A stretch of DNA of 64,000 nt from Sulfurimonas sp. GWF2_37_8 (GTDB taxonomy: Bacteria > Campylobacterota > Campylobacteria > Campylobacterales > Sulfurimonadaceae). The DNA lies in contig MIBW01000008.1 of the NCBI GenBank assembly GCA_001829625.1, positions 65,455 to 129,454 on the forward strand. The letters are read 5' to 3'. Below the pieces are notes generated by a model. It was not told the origin of the DNA. It ran no database searches and was given only the letters and a program-made list of their open reading frames with translations. This document shows, piece after piece, positions 20,938 to 31,182 of the stretch (position 1 is its first letter; every line of letters begins with the position of its first letter). A program made the translations under genes and the position numbers.

Positions 20938-22160
20938 TGGCATTTGATAAAATGGAATTAAGAGATATCGAAGTATGGGATGGTAACTTTGCAGCTGCAC
21001 AGGCTTTAAGACAGTGTCAGATTGACGTTGTTGCGGCGTATCCTATTACTCCATCAACTCCTATTGTTGAGGGTTATGCAAAATTTTTGGCTGATGGTTA
21101 TGTAGAAGGTGAGTTTGTTATGGTTGAGTCTGAACATGCCGCGATGAGTGGATGTATCGGTGCTGCTGCAGCGGGCGGACGTGTTGCGACTGCAACTTCT
21201 TCTCAGGGTTTTGCACTTATGGTTGAGACACTTTACCAAGCTTCTGGTATGCGTTTACCAATTGTACTTAATGTTGTAAATCGTGCACTTGCTGCACCAC
21301 TCAATGTAAACGGTGACCACTCAGATATGTACCTAGGTCGTGATAGCGGCTGGATTCAGCTTGATGCGTATTGTCCTCAAGATGCGTACGACTTAAATTT
21401 CATCGCATTTAAAGTTTCAGAAGACCATGAAGTAAGACTTCCGTGTATGGTTCACCAAGATGGATTTATGACATCTCATACTGCACAAGGTGTCAAAACA
21501 TTAACAGATGATCAAGGGTATGGTTTTGTAGGGGAATATAAACCTATGAACGATATGTTAGACTTTGAGCATCCAGTAACTCATGGTGTTCAAACTGAAG
21601 AAGATTGGCACTTTGAACACAAAGCACGCCAGCATAATGACCTAATGACTAAAGTATTTCCAAAAATTGAAGCTGCGTTTGACGCTTTTGAAAAACTTTC
21701 GGGACGTAAATACAATATCGTTGAAAAATACGATATGGATGATGCGGATGTATCAGTAGTTTGTATGGGTACATCAGTGGAAACTGCACGTGAAGTAGCA
21801 ACTGAGATGAGAGCAAAAGGCATCAAAGCTGGTGTTGTTGGACTTCGTGTAATCCGTCCGTTCCCGTTTATGCAGATTCAAGAAGTGCTTAAAGATGTAA
21901 AAGCTATAGCTGTTCTTGACCGTTCATCTCCAAATGGTGCTCCTGGTATGTTGTTTAATGAAATTGCTGGATGTCTTTTTAATACAGATACAAAAGCATT
22001 ATTATCTGGTTATGTTTATGGTTTAGGTGGTCGTGACTTAACTAAAAAACATTTGGTTGATTTATTTACTGAGCTTCAAGCAAATGTTGATGCCGGCAAA
22101 ATATTGACTCCATTGCAACAGTTTATCGGTGTTCGTGGACCGAAACTATCATTTTTATAA
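20937..22160 (+). CDS. porA: POR alpha subunit
   Basis: AAYPITPST, ESEHAA, TATSSQG. Confidence 0.94.
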   Translation: MAFDKMELRDIEVWDGNFAAAQALRQCQIDVVAAYPITPSTPIVEGYAKFLADGYVEGEFVMVESEHAAMSGCIGAAAAGGRVATATSSQGFALMVETLYQASGMRLPIVLNVVNRALAAPLNVNGDHSDMYLGRDSGWIQLDAYCPQDAYDLNFIAFKVSEDHEVRLPCMVHQDGFMTSHTAQGVKTLTDDQGYGFVGEYKPMNDMLDFEHPVTHGVQTEEDWHFEHKARQHNDLMTKVFPKIEAAFDAFEKLSGRKYNIVEKYDMDDADVSVVCMGTSVETAREVATEMRAKGIKAGVVGLRVIRPFPFMQIQEVLKDVKAIAVLDRSSPNGAPGMLFNEIAGCLFNTDTKALLSGYVYGLGGRDLTKKHLVDLFTELQANVDAGKILTPLQQFIGVRGPKLSFL

Positions 22161-22170
22161 GGAGAAAACT

Positions 22171-23127
22171 ATGAGTGAAATGAAAAAGATAAAAAACTTA
22201 AAAGAGTTTTCAACATCAGCAGATCGTTTTGAAGGTGCAAACCTTTTATGTCCAGGTTGTGCACACTCCATCATTGTTCGTGAAGTGCTAAACGCAACAA
22301 ATGATGATTTGGTGCTTTCTGCATCAACTGGTTGTTTAGAAGTGTGTACTGCGGTTTACCCATATACTTCTTGGGATGCTTCTTGGATTCATATCGGCTT
22401 TGAAAATGGCTCAACCGCAGTTGCAGGTGCGGAAGCTATGTATAAAGCACTTAAAAATAAAGGTCGTCTAAAGCAGCCTGATCGTAACCCTAAATTTGTA
22501 TCTTTTGCAGGTGACGGTGCTTCTTACGATATTGGTTTTCAGTGGATTTCTGGTTGTATGGAACGCGGGCATAATATTATGCACGTTGTTCTTGACAATG
22601 AAGTTTATGCAAATACAGGTGGACAACGTTCATCTTCAACACCAATCGGTTCAAGTGCAACAACAGCTCCAGCTGGCCGTGTAAGCTATGGTGAAAAAAG
22701 AAATAAAAAAGACATGGTTTCAATCATGGCATCACATCATATTCCTTACGCAGCGCAAGTTGCTCCAAACAAATGGAAAGATATGGTAAAGAAAATCCAA
22801 CACGGTTTTTCAGTGGATGGTCCGGTATTTATTAATGCTGTTTCTCCATGTACAACAGAGTGGAAATTTGATCCTAAAGATACAATGATGATTACAGATT
22901 TAGCAACTGATTCATTGGTTTTCCCACTTTATGAAATTATTGACGGACATGAGCTAAATATCACATACAGACCAAAAAATGTTGTGCCTGTTGAAGAGTA
23001 TTTAGCAGCTCAAGGACGTTTTAAGCACCTCTTTAAAGATGAGTATAAATACTTAATCAAAGAGTGGCAAGAACGTGTAGATGCGAACTGGGCATATCTA
23101 AACCGTCGCGAAGAAGCTCGCGTATAG
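22171..23127 (+). CDS. porB: POR beta subunit (TPP-binding)
   Basis: CPGC, GDG...DNEVYANTGGQ. Confidence 0.94.
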   Translation: MSEMKKIKNLKEFSTSADRFEGANLLCPGCAHSIIVREVLNATNDDLVLSASTGCLEVCTAVYPYTSWDASWIHIGFENGSTAVAGAEAMYKALKNKGRLKQPDRNPKFVSFAGDGASYDIGFQWISGCMERGHNIMHVVLDNEVYANTGGQRSSSTPIGSSATTAPAGRVSYGEKRNKKDMVSIMASHHIPYAAQVAPNKWKDMVKKIQHGFSVDGPVFINAVSPCTTEWKFDPKDTMMITDLATDSLVFPLYEIIDGHELNITYRPKNVVPVEEYLAAQGRFKHLFKDEYKYLIKEWQERVDANWAYLNRREEARV

Positions 23128-23308
23128 CGAAAACTTTGCTTCGGCAAATCTTGTGCCAGATGAGTAAACGGCAGACTTGAAGTCTAGCCTTTTTGCTCCT
23201 CAGACATAATCACTCACCAAATCGAAATTTTCTTCACTTTTTTTTCATCAATTTTTTTCATTTACACAATTAGCATTATAATAGTTCAGATGCTTTTGAG
23301 GAGTTGTT

Positions 23309-23881
23309 ATGCTTGATAAAGTTTTACTACAAATTGCAAAAAGTGTTATTCTCAGTCAATTTGATAATTCATATAAAGTTCAGGGGACGAGACTTTTGCA
23401 AGACTTTCCCTCTTTAGCGAGAAATGGGGCTGCGTTTGTTACGCTTCATTACGAGCAAAGTTTGCGTGGCTGCATTGGCTCTATTATTGCTCACCAAAGT
23501 TTATTGGATGATATTATCGCCAATGCGTACTCTGCTGCGTTTAGAGACCCTAGGTTTCCACCACTCTCAGCTAATGAACTTCCTCATCTTAAAATTGAAG
23601 TCTCTGTATTGGGTGAACCGAAAATTTTAGAGTATGAAAATTATGATGATTTACTGGATAAAGTTCGGCCAAATATTGATGGGCTTATTATAAAACACGG
23701 AGTGTATCAAGGAACTTTTTTACCACAAGTGTGGGCAGAACTTCAAACGCCGCTGGAATTTTTAGAGCACCTAAGTTACAAGGTCGGCGCAAATCCTTTA
23801 ATATATAAAGAACATCCAAAGATATACAGTTACACAGTGGATGCCATTGAGGAGAAATTTGATGAAATATTACCGCTATAA
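23309..23881 (+). CDS. amrA: AmmeMemoRadiSam protein A (AMMECR1)
   Basis: FVTL...LRGCIG, AFRDPRF, TFLPQVW. Confidence 0.92.
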   Translation: MLDKVLLQIAKSVILSQFDNSYKVQGTRLLQDFPSLARNGAAFVTLHYEQSLRGCIGSIIAHQSLLDDIIANAYSAAFRDPRFPPLSANELPHLKIEVSVLGEPKILEYENYDDLLDKVRPNIDGLIIKHGVYQGTFLPQVWAELQTPLEFLEHLSYKVGANPLIYKEHPKIYSYTVDAIEEKFDEILPL

Positions 23882-24851
23882 AGATGAACACTCCATAGTA
23901 TGTTTATTGTGTAAACATTATTGTACGCTAAAAGAAGATAAAAGTGGGATTTGCGGCGTTAATTTTAATGAAAATGGAGAGCTTGTTAATCGAACTTATG
24001 CCCATCCGAGTGCTGTACATATTGACCCGATAGAAAAAAAGCCGCTTTATCATTTTCAGCTTTTCTCAAAATCTTTTTCACTTGGAACAGTCGGCTGTAA
24101 TTTTCGCTGCCCGTTTTGTCAGAACTATACTATTTCGCAAACGACAGATATAGATATATCAGTTGTTTACATGCCAGAAGATATCGTGCATTTGGCATTA
24201 GAACACAAAACGCAAAGTATAAGCTACACCTATAATGAGCCAACAATCTGGTATCCGTATGCTAAAGATATCGGAATTCTTGCAAAAGAACACGGTCTTA
24301 AAAATGTTTTTGTCTCTAGTGGTTATGAGTCTGCAGAAGTAATCAAAGATATGAAACTTTGGATTGATGCCGTCAATATAGACCTCAAAAGTTTTTCACA
24401 TGATTACTACAAAAAAGTCCTCAAAACAGATCTTGATGGCGTATTAAAATCTTTGGTCGCATTTGCTGCAAGTGGTATTTGGCTTGAGATTACAACTCTT
24501 CTTATCCCCGGTGTCAATGATAGCGACGAAGAGATAGAACAAATGGCTGCGTTTATTGCTACAAATATTGGGGCTGAGATACCTTGGCATTTCTCTGCGT
24601 TTCATCCTGATTATAAGATGCTTGATACACCGAGAACACCATACTCTACTCTGGAAAAGGCAAGAGAGATTGCCCACAAACACGGCATACTTTATGTTTA
24701 TCTGGGAAATGTGCCAACAGATGCAAATACTTATTGCCCAAAATGTAATGCCTTGCTTATCGACAGAAATAGTTTTGAGATTCCTGCTTTGGATATACAT
24801 AGCAGCTCATGCAGACTTTGTGGCGAATATATAAAAGGAGTTTGGTTATGA
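23862..24851 (+). CDS. amrS: AmmeMemoRadiSam radical SAM enzyme
   Basis: DPIEKKPLYHF, CNFRCPFC, YTYNEP. Confidence 0.92.
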   Translation: MKYYRYKDEHSIVCLLCKHYCTLKEDKSGICGVNFNENGELVNRTYAHPSAVHIDPIEKKPLYHFQLFSKSFSLGTVGCNFRCPFCQNYTISQTTDIDISVVYMPEDIVHLALEHKTQSISYTYNEPTIWYPYAKDIGILAKEHGLKNVFVSSGYESAEVIKDMKLWIDAVNIDLKSFSHDYYKKVLKTDLDGVLKSLVAFAASGIWLEITTLLIPGVNDSDEEIEQMAAFIATNIGAEIPWHFSAFHPDYKMLDTPRTPYSTLEKAREIAHKHGILYVYLGNVPTDANTYCPKCNALLIDRNSFEIPALDIHSSSCRLCGEYIKGVWL

Positions 24852-25642
24852 AACGCAACATGAGTGTAGCAGGAACCTTTTATCCTGCAAACAGTACAGA
24901 GATAAAGCGCTATTTTACTCATTTTAGCGCATTATATGATGAAAGAAAGAAGCTCCCGCAAATAAAGCCCAGAGCCATTATAGTACCGCATGCGGGTTAT
25001 GTTTATTCTGGATATACGGCGGATATCGCCTATAGAATGTTACAAAACGCAGGAATAAAAACCGTAATAGTTCTAGGACCTTCGCATAGAGTTGCGTTTG
25101 AAGGAGTGAGCCTTGGAAAATATGAGAGTTACGAGACGCCTTTTGGCGCAATAGAGGCGGATGAAATAGTGACAAAGGAGATTGCAGAAGAATTTGAACT
25201 TGCGTTTATAGAGCAAGCTCACGCGGAACATAGCACGGAAGTACAGTTTCCTTTTATCAAATATTATCTTCCTGACGTGAGGCTTATAGAGCTTGTTTAT
25301 TCGGATGCTACACCATTTCTCTTGTCGAAGATTATTGAGTTTGTACTTGAGAAAAAAGATTGTGGTGTGATTATTAGTACGGACTTGAGTCATTTTTATA
25401 CGCAACAAGAGGCCAATCAACTTGATAATATTTGCCTAAACGCAATCGAAAATCTTGACCTAAAAGCACTCCACAAAGGGTGCGAGGCGTGTGGAAAAAC
25501 AGGCGTAGAAGCAATGCTTCAAACCGCCATCAAGATGGAGTTGCAAACGCAGCTACTTGACTATAGAACATCAGCCGATGTAAGCGGTGACATGAGCCGC
25601 GTAGTAGGTTATGCGAGTGCTTGCTTTATGGATAAAAATTAA
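24848..25642 (+). CDS. amrB: AmmeMemoRadiSam protein B (MEMO1)
   Basis: VAGTFYP, PHAGYVYSG, EHSTEVQ, STDLSH. Confidence 0.92.
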   Translation: MKRNMSVAGTFYPANSTEIKRYFTHFSALYDERKKLPQIKPRAIIVPHAGYVYSGYTADIAYRMLQNAGIKTVIVLGPSHRVAFEGVSLGKYESYETPFGAIEADEIVTKEIAEEFELAFIEQAHAEHSTEVQFPFIKYYLPDVRLIELVYSDATPFLLSKIIEFVLEKKDCGVIISTDLSHFYTQQEANQLDNICLNAIENLDLKALHKGCEACGKTGVEAMLQTAIKMELQTQLLDYRTSADVSGDMSRVVGYASACFMDKN

Positions 25643-25710
25643 CAAAATTACCTCAGAATTTTTGAGCAAAAAAACGCTAAAATGCCTTCACTTTTACTAA
25701 GGATGTGACT

Positions 25711-26214
25711 ATGCCATTATTGGACTCTTTTACTGTTGACCATACTATTATGCCGGCACCTGCCGTGCGCCGTGCTAAGGGGATGAAGACACCTTCGGGT
25801 GATGATATTACTGTTTTCGACCTGCGTTTTGTCAGACCAAATGAAGCGATACTTTCGCAAGAAGGTATCCACACGCTTGAGCACCTTTTTGCTGGATTTA
25901 TGCGTGTTCATCTTAATGCAAAAGATGTAGAAATCATCGACCTCTCACCGATGGGCTGCCGTACGGGATTTTACATGAGCGTTATCGGAAATCCTGAGGA
26001 ACAAAGAGTCGTTGAGGCGTGGGAAGCTTCCATGAAAGATGTACTTAATGTACAAACGCAGCAAGATATCCCAGAGCTCAATGTTTATCAGTGTGGTACT
26101 TACAAAATGCACTCACTCGAAGATGCAAAAGCGATAGCTTCAAATGTACTCAAACGCGACATAGATATCATGGATAACGAAGCACTCAAGCTTGATATGT
26201 GCAAGGTGGACTAA
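25711..26214 (+). CDS. luxS: S-ribosylhomocysteine lyase
   Basis: [25 protein letters not shown]. Confidence 0.97.
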   Translation: MPLLDSFTVDHTIMPAPAVRRAKGMKTPSGDDITVFDLRFVRPNEAILSQEGIHTLEHLFAGFMRVHLNAKDVEIIDLSPMGCRTGFYMSVIGNPEEQRVVEAWEASMKDVLNVQTQQDIPELNVYQCGTYKMHSLEDAKAIASNVLKRDIDIMDNEALKLDMCKVD

Positions 26215-26517
26215 ATGTATCTGCTTTTACCTATGGACAGTGAAGAAGTTCAAGAAGCAAGACTCACAAAAGTTTGCGATGCAAAAGTTTGGGCGCAGGT
26301 ACTTGTAGAAGAGGGGCAAGTTGTGGAGATATTTCACAGTGAGACGTATGATGGTTTTGAGAACTTCTCAGAAGCAGTTATATTTACAAGTGATGCGGAA
26401 AATCCTATGCCTTTTATGGAGATGAATATGATGCCGCTTGTTGCGCATACGCAAAGAGATATCGATGATGTTGTTGAAGCTTATCTCTTTCGCGAACTCC
26501 ATGATATGGCATATTAG
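26215..26517 (+). CDS. Hypothetical protein
   Basis: Abuts luxS; acidic 100 aa; no motif recognised. Confidence 0.6.
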   Translation: MYLLLPMDSEEVQEARLTKVCDAKVWAQVLVEEGQVVEIFHSETYDGFENFSEAVIFTSDAENPMPFMEMNMMPLVAHTQRDIDDVVEAYLFRELHDMAY

Positions 26518-26525
26518 AAGAAAAT

Positions 26526-27023
26526 ATGCCACATTTGAAGCAGTTTTTGGAACTTTTTAACCCGCTTCCTGGCAATCACTATATCCAAGTAACGACTGAA
26601 GTTGATACAACAACAGAGGCACTTTATCTGCTCATGCAACAAAAAGAGGGTGAAATGCGTATCGCTTTTTATAATGAAAAAGAGAAGCATGAGTTGCAAA
26701 GTATCTATCCTGATGCAAAGATTCAACATATAAAAAATTTCTCGCATCCATTTCGTGCTTTGCCTCGTGACAACGATATTGTCATCTTTAAAGATATTTT
26801 TGCCCAACACAAAAAACAAGAAATCATGCTCAAAACAGCCTATACGACTTTGGCAAACACGGCAGAACTTATCATCATGGAAAAAAAAGGAACGATAGAT
26901 ATCCAAGCCCTTAAAGAGTTGCTAGAACACTACGAATACCGTACCCCAAACGCCATAGATATCCTCCCAGACTATGACTTGATCATTGCCAAAAAGATGC
27001 ATATGTGGGGAAATGGGCTTTAA
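26526..27023 (+). CDS. Hypothetical protein, possibly a degenerate methyltransferase-like fold
   Basis: Co-oriented ORF ending KKMHMWGNGL; the fold guess is weak. Confidence 0.55.
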   Translation: MPHLKQFLELFNPLPGNHYIQVTTEVDTTTEALYLLMQQKEGEMRIAFYNEKEKHELQSIYPDAKIQHIKNFSHPFRALPRDNDIVIFKDIFAQHKKQEIMLKTAYTTLANTAELIIMEKKGTIDIQALKELLEHYEYRTPNAIDILPDYDLIIAKKMHMWGNGL

Positions 27024-27034
27024 GTTCATCTTTC

Positions 27035-29035
27035 TTACTTCGTCTCATATTGCTGTGGATATGAGAAGATTGGCAGATATTCTGGGTCGTAGTTATCGCC
27101 GTTTTCATCTATAAGAGTAGGTACTTTGCCTACTCCCAAAAGAATTGTCTCCTCTGTGTGGTAAGGTCTGTCTGTGATCGTCTCGCCAAATTCATAGGCA
27201 GTGCCGTCTATATGTGTAAAACTCTCGTTGGCATCTCTGTAATATTTGTAAGTAAAGATGGTTTTGCCGAAGTAATCTTTACCTTTTGTAAAACGCTGCG
27301 TTTTGACTACTTTTCTATAGCCTTGCGCAGTTTTTAGTGACTCTTCAAGTGTCGGATAAAGAAGCGGCGCTTGGATGTAGCCTTCTTGGGTGAGGTACTC
27401 TTTTTTAGCGGTAAATTCCCGAATGAGAGTGAGTCTTGTTTCTTGAATCTCTTTGAGTTGTGTGACATTTTCAAAGGCTAGAGCGGGAAAATCAGCACTG
27501 TATCCGTTTGCTTGAGTGATGCTGTTTTTAAGATACACTTCCATAGAGCTTGGCATATCTCCATAGAGGGAAGCCCCCACAACATGGCTCAAAAATTTTC
27601 GATACTCCCCGATGTTTGCATCTCGGTTGATAGGGTCGCCTCTGTGCGCGCCTCCTGCCGTTTCATCATGAGCTGCGTTTGCACTCTTTTTATACCCTAA
27701 ATAATCCATTTCCCTCCAACCCAAATCACCTGCAAATTTGCGTGAAAATGACCAAACCGTGTCGATGGTATTGCCTGTTCCTGAGGTAAACTGTGCTGGT
27801 TCAAAACCGTATTTTGAGCTGTGACAGCCAACACATTGCATAAGTTCCTCTGGAGTTTGTCCTCGAAGGGAGCCATTTTCATCTTCTATAAAGCCGCTCA
27901 TCCACCATCCCGCACCGTTATCTATCCATGTTTCTTTGTCGTTGTAGTAAAGCGGCGCGTTTTCTTCTTTTGTTACAGGCTCATTTGTGTAATGCATAAA
28001 CCATTTGTACATATAACGAACCTCTTTTACACGAGAAGAGCGTGTTCCTGGAAATTTTGAGTTTACTCCGTCCGCTTCGATATCTACATAGTGAAGCGGA
28101 TGTGCAAACTCTGTCTTGAGTGGAAAAAGTCCTCTGTGGAGCGGCTCATCACTGGCTTTGCCCACATAATGTGTCATGCCATTTTCAATTCTGTCTTGAA
28201 TGGCTTGTTCCAAAAGTTCAAGGTTTTGTTTGTAAATATCAAGACTAAAAGTGCCATTATTCTCTTGCATAAATTTCCCATCAAGGCGAATATAGATACC
28301 ACTGACACTTCCCGTATGTGGCGTAAAAATTCCGTATGGCATAAAATTAACTGCTCTCCAGCCAGTGTTATGGCCCCTTTGGTCGCTAAATATTGATTCA
28401 TCATCATCATTTGTTGTTCGTACAAATCCGTCATCTTGGGCAGGCAGAGCACTTGGATTGAGTGCAGGAAAGAGGCGAAACGCATCATCTTTTAGGGCAC
28501 TGTTCGTCACTTTAGCATCGCCTTGTCTTTTGTTGTATGCTGATTGCCAGTTATCTGTTTGGATGTAGCTTTTCATGTCCCATGCGTTTGCATCTATGCC
28601 CAGTTTTGCAAAGGCTTCATCAAGTTTATGCGGAGTGATGGTATTTTCCCAAGGGTTGATATTTGGCGAGACGCTAAATCTATCAGCTGCGCCAAAAGCG
28701 TACTCGAGTTGGAGATTGCCTATGTACTCATCAAAACCAGCTTGCGCTAAAGTGCTCCCTAATTTTTGTTTGGCCGCTGCGTTTGAGTGGCAGAAGAGAC
28801 AGGCATTTTGTGTGCCAAAAGAGGTTTCAATGTAACACTGCGCGGGGATGTTTGCATAAGGATTAGTAAAAAGAGTGCGGCTGCGAAGTTCGCTTATCAT
28901 AGGTGCTGGTGCAAGGGTTGCGTTTTGTTCTGCATCAGGCGTTTGCAGCGCTGTATCATCGCTAGAACCGCAACTCACAAAGGTTAATCCGCTTACAAAA
29001 AGTAAAATAAAGAGAGTGAAGGAGTATTTTTTCAT
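27035..29035 (-). CDS. Putative diheme c-type lipoprotein of unknown function
   Basis: Lipobox-like FVSC; CLFCH and CVGCH motifs; directly downstream of phoX. Confidence 0.7.
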   Translation of the reverse strand: MKKYSFTLFILLFVSGLTFVSCGSSDDTALQTPDAEQNATLAPAPMISELRSRTLFTNPYANIPAQCYIETSFGTQNACLFCHSNAAAKQKLGSTLAQAGFDEYIGNLQLEYAFGAADRFSVSPNINPWENTITPHKLDEAFAKLGIDANAWDMKSYIQTDNWQSAYNKRQGDAKVTNSALKDDAFRLFPALNPSALPAQDDGFVRTTNDDDESIFSDQRGHNTGWRAVNFMPYGIFTPHTGSVSGIYIRLDGKFMQENNGTFSLDIYKQNLELLEQAIQDRIENGMTHYVGKASDEPLHRGLFPLKTEFAHPLHYVDIEADGVNSKFPGTRSSRVKEVRYMYKWFMHYTNEPVTKEENAPLYYNDKETWIDNGAGWWMSGFIEDENGSLRGQTPEELMQCVGCHSSKYGFEPAQFTSGTGNTIDTVWSFSRKFAGDLGWREMDYLGYKKSANAAHDETAGGAHRGDPINRDANIGEYRKFLSHVVGASLYGDMPSSMEVYLKNSITQANGYSADFPALAFENVTQLKEIQETRLTLIREFTAKKEYLTQEGYIQAPLLYPTLEESLKTAQGYRKVVKTQRFTKGKDYFGKTIFTYKYYRDANESFTHIDGTAYEFGETITDRPYHTEETILLGVGKVPTLIDENGDNYDPEYLPIFSYPQQYETK

Positions 29036-29152
29036 GGAGTTTGCCCGATTTTAATTTTTATAAGTGGATTGTGAATTTATTTGATTTGAGTCTTGCCTGA
29101 ACCAAATACGACTGAAGTCGTATCTCTAAAGTTTTGCAAGAAAAACGAGTAA

Positions 29153-29180
29153 TTTCAAAGAGGCAAAAGCCTCTTTGAAA
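29153..29180 (-). terminator. Perfect 12-bp hairpin directly after the phoX stop
   Basis: TTTCAAAGAGGC-AAAA-GCCTCTTTGAAA. Confidence 0.65.
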
Positions 29181-31058
29181 CTATTTAAGACCTGGCATTC
29201 CGCCGATGTAACCGAAGTTTGCATTGTATTTGTCGATTTGTGCGCCGAGAACAGCTTTTAAATCCGCTGGAGTTGTGCTTGTAAAGTCTGCATGGTGTTG
29301 TGAATTGCTCATGATGTACGCATGGCCATTTTCATTGTCAACTACTTGAAGACCTGTAGATTCTCCACCAGCTACTACAGAAGCGATTCTTGAGAGTTTA
29401 TGTGAATCAACATTGTAAGCCCACACGAAGTTGTTTGTGTGTGTTCCACTGTCTTCACCAACAAATAAAGTTCTCATTTTTTCAGAGAAAGCAATGTTGT
29501 CTGTGTTAGCTATTTTGTTTGGATTACAAGTATTTCCAACTGCATCTGTAGCAATCTCTTCACCGATAAGGCCTGTTGGAGCCATAATACTCACACCGAC
29601 ATACTCAGAGTTGATGGCATTTCCATCTGTATCGTTTTGGTCACTCGCAAGAGTAATCTCATACGTTGCACCACAGTTGTTTTTTGCTACTCTAATGTCA
29701 TCTTTTGCAAATGAAGCATCTAGGAGCATTCCCTTGTCTTGGTAACTGATAGCCATATAAGCTTTTTTGTTTTTCTCATCAATTGCGATACCTTCCATTT
29801 TGTTCCACTCAGTTGTAGCCCCTAGCATAGAAGCATAACGGCGTGGTTCAAGAAACGCAGCAGCTTTTTCCATACCAGCTTTAAGTTTTAAGTATTCTAC
29901 ACCTGTGTGTCCAGCTTTAATAGCAGTATAACTAGTTGTATCAGCACCGTCTGTAACTTGTGTAGGTGTCAAGTAGTCAAAAATATCCGCAAACGTAAGA
30001 GTATCTGCTAAAGTTTTTACTTCGCTCTCAGTTGCGTGACCAAGCTTAATCCAGCTCAAAGTTCCTGCAGCCGTAGCACTTCCATCAGCATTCGTTTGTG
30101 TGAACTTTTGCGCATACAGTGTCCCTGCTGAGAGGTCATTTGTCGTGTCGCCTACGAACATAAGTGACAATACATTGGTGCCGTCATCACCGTAGAGCGC
30201 AGTTTTGCCATCGCCAAATACTTTAGCCATCTCCCAAGTACCTTTACCCATTGCATAACGCTTGTTAAGAACGTATGAGCCATCAGCTTTAACTTCAACC
30301 TCTTGGTTGTATCCGTAGTGGTATGGATTTGCAGTTTTTGTGTTCTCCCAGTAAAGCTCAGTCATAGCAGTAAGACCTTTAGTAGCAGTTGCTAATTTTG
30401 TACCACTTGCCTCTGTATAGTAAAGGTCATAATCCTCTTCTCCACCTAAGTGTGTATTCCAAGGTGTTTGTGAACCAAAACAAAAAATCCATCCGCCCTC
30501 TACGCTTGAGTGGTCTATTGGTTTTTGGTCAACTGCTTTAAGTTTACCGCTTGCATCTTGTGTTATGTTTGTGAGAAGCATATTCATAGGCATTCTTGAA
30601 CTTGGTTTTGAACCATCAGCAAGAATCCAGTCATACTCTAAGTGTGAAACCATAAAAAGTTTTCCATCAACACTTAAGAGAGAGTTAGAGTCCGGAGTTT
30701 CAGCTATAACAGGCGCTCCGTCTTTGTCCATAAGTGGTTCCATGTTATGGTTATAAAGTTGCCCAGCAGCATGTGCGTTAGTTCCTACTTTATCTTTAAC
30801 ACCAAAAAGTTTTACGTACTCAAGTGGATAATCAGTAAACTCTGTAGCACTTGTGTAAACACGAGCTTTTGCAGTTGAAAATGATCTGCTCATATCAGCA
30901 ATATTTGATGGTGCATCCATACCAATAAATTCTACTGCCGTTGCAGCTACTGCTACTGCTGTAGTCGCATTTGTATCACTACTATCGTCACTGTCATTAC
31001 ACCCAACTATACCCGTAGCAAGGACTGCCAGCGCAGCCAAACTTAACCATCTTTTCAT
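29181..31058 (-). CDS. phoX: PhoX/DUF839 alkaline phosphatase lipoprotein
   Basis: Lipobox IVGC; CFGSQTPWNTHLGGEE, GDD, KMEG, NTDN...GED, ESTG. Confidence 0.85.
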   Translation of the reverse strand: MKRWLSLAALAVLATGIVGCNDSDDSSDTNATTAVAVAATAVEFIGMDAPSNIADMSRSFSTAKARVYTSATEFTDYPLEYVKLFGVKDKVGTNAHAAGQLYNHNMEPLMDKDGAPVIAETPDSNSLLSVDGKLFMVSHLEYDWILADGSKPSSRMPMNMLLTNITQDASGKLKAVDQKPIDHSSVEGGWIFCFGSQTPWNTHLGGEEDYDLYYTEASGTKLATATKGLTAMTELYWENTKTANPYHYGYNQEVEVKADGSYVLNKRYAMGKGTWEMAKVFGDGKTALYGDDGTNVLSLMFVGDTTNDLSAGTLYAQKFTQTNADGSATAAGTLSWIKLGHATESEVKTLADTLTFADIFDYLTPTQVTDGADTTSYTAIKAGHTGVEYLKLKAGMEKAAAFLEPRRYASMLGATTEWNKMEGIAIDEKNKKAYMAISYQDKGMLLDASFAKDDIRVAKNNCGATYEITLASDQNDTDGNAINSEYVGVSIMAPTGLIGEEIATDAVGNTCNPNKIANTDNIAFSEKMRTLFVGEDSGTHTNNFVWAYNVDSHKLSRIASVVAGGESTGLQVVDNENGHAYIMSNSQHHADFTSTTPADLKAVLGAQIDKYNANFGYIGGMPGLK

Positions 31059-31110
31059 CTTTCATCCTTTTTTAAATTGCGAAAGAGTAGAAAGTTTTTA
31101 TTACTAAGGT

Positions 31111-31137
31111 GGCACATTTTAGTTACATTGTTGCAAC
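31111..31137 (-). promoter_or_regulatory. Putative pho box upstream of phoX
   Basis: Minus strand GTTGC-N6-GTAAC-N6-GTGCC with an 11-bp period; loosely resembles the Campylobacter PhosR box GTTTC-N6-GTTTC. Confidence 0.45.
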
Positions 31138-31182
31138 TTTTTTCATTCTTTGCTTTAAATAAAATATACTTATAATATATTA

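Noticed and set aside
23128-23308. Structured ncRNA or riboswitch between porB and amrA
   Set aside because: Only short hairpins are present, consistent with a terminator or repeat; no family motif was recognised.
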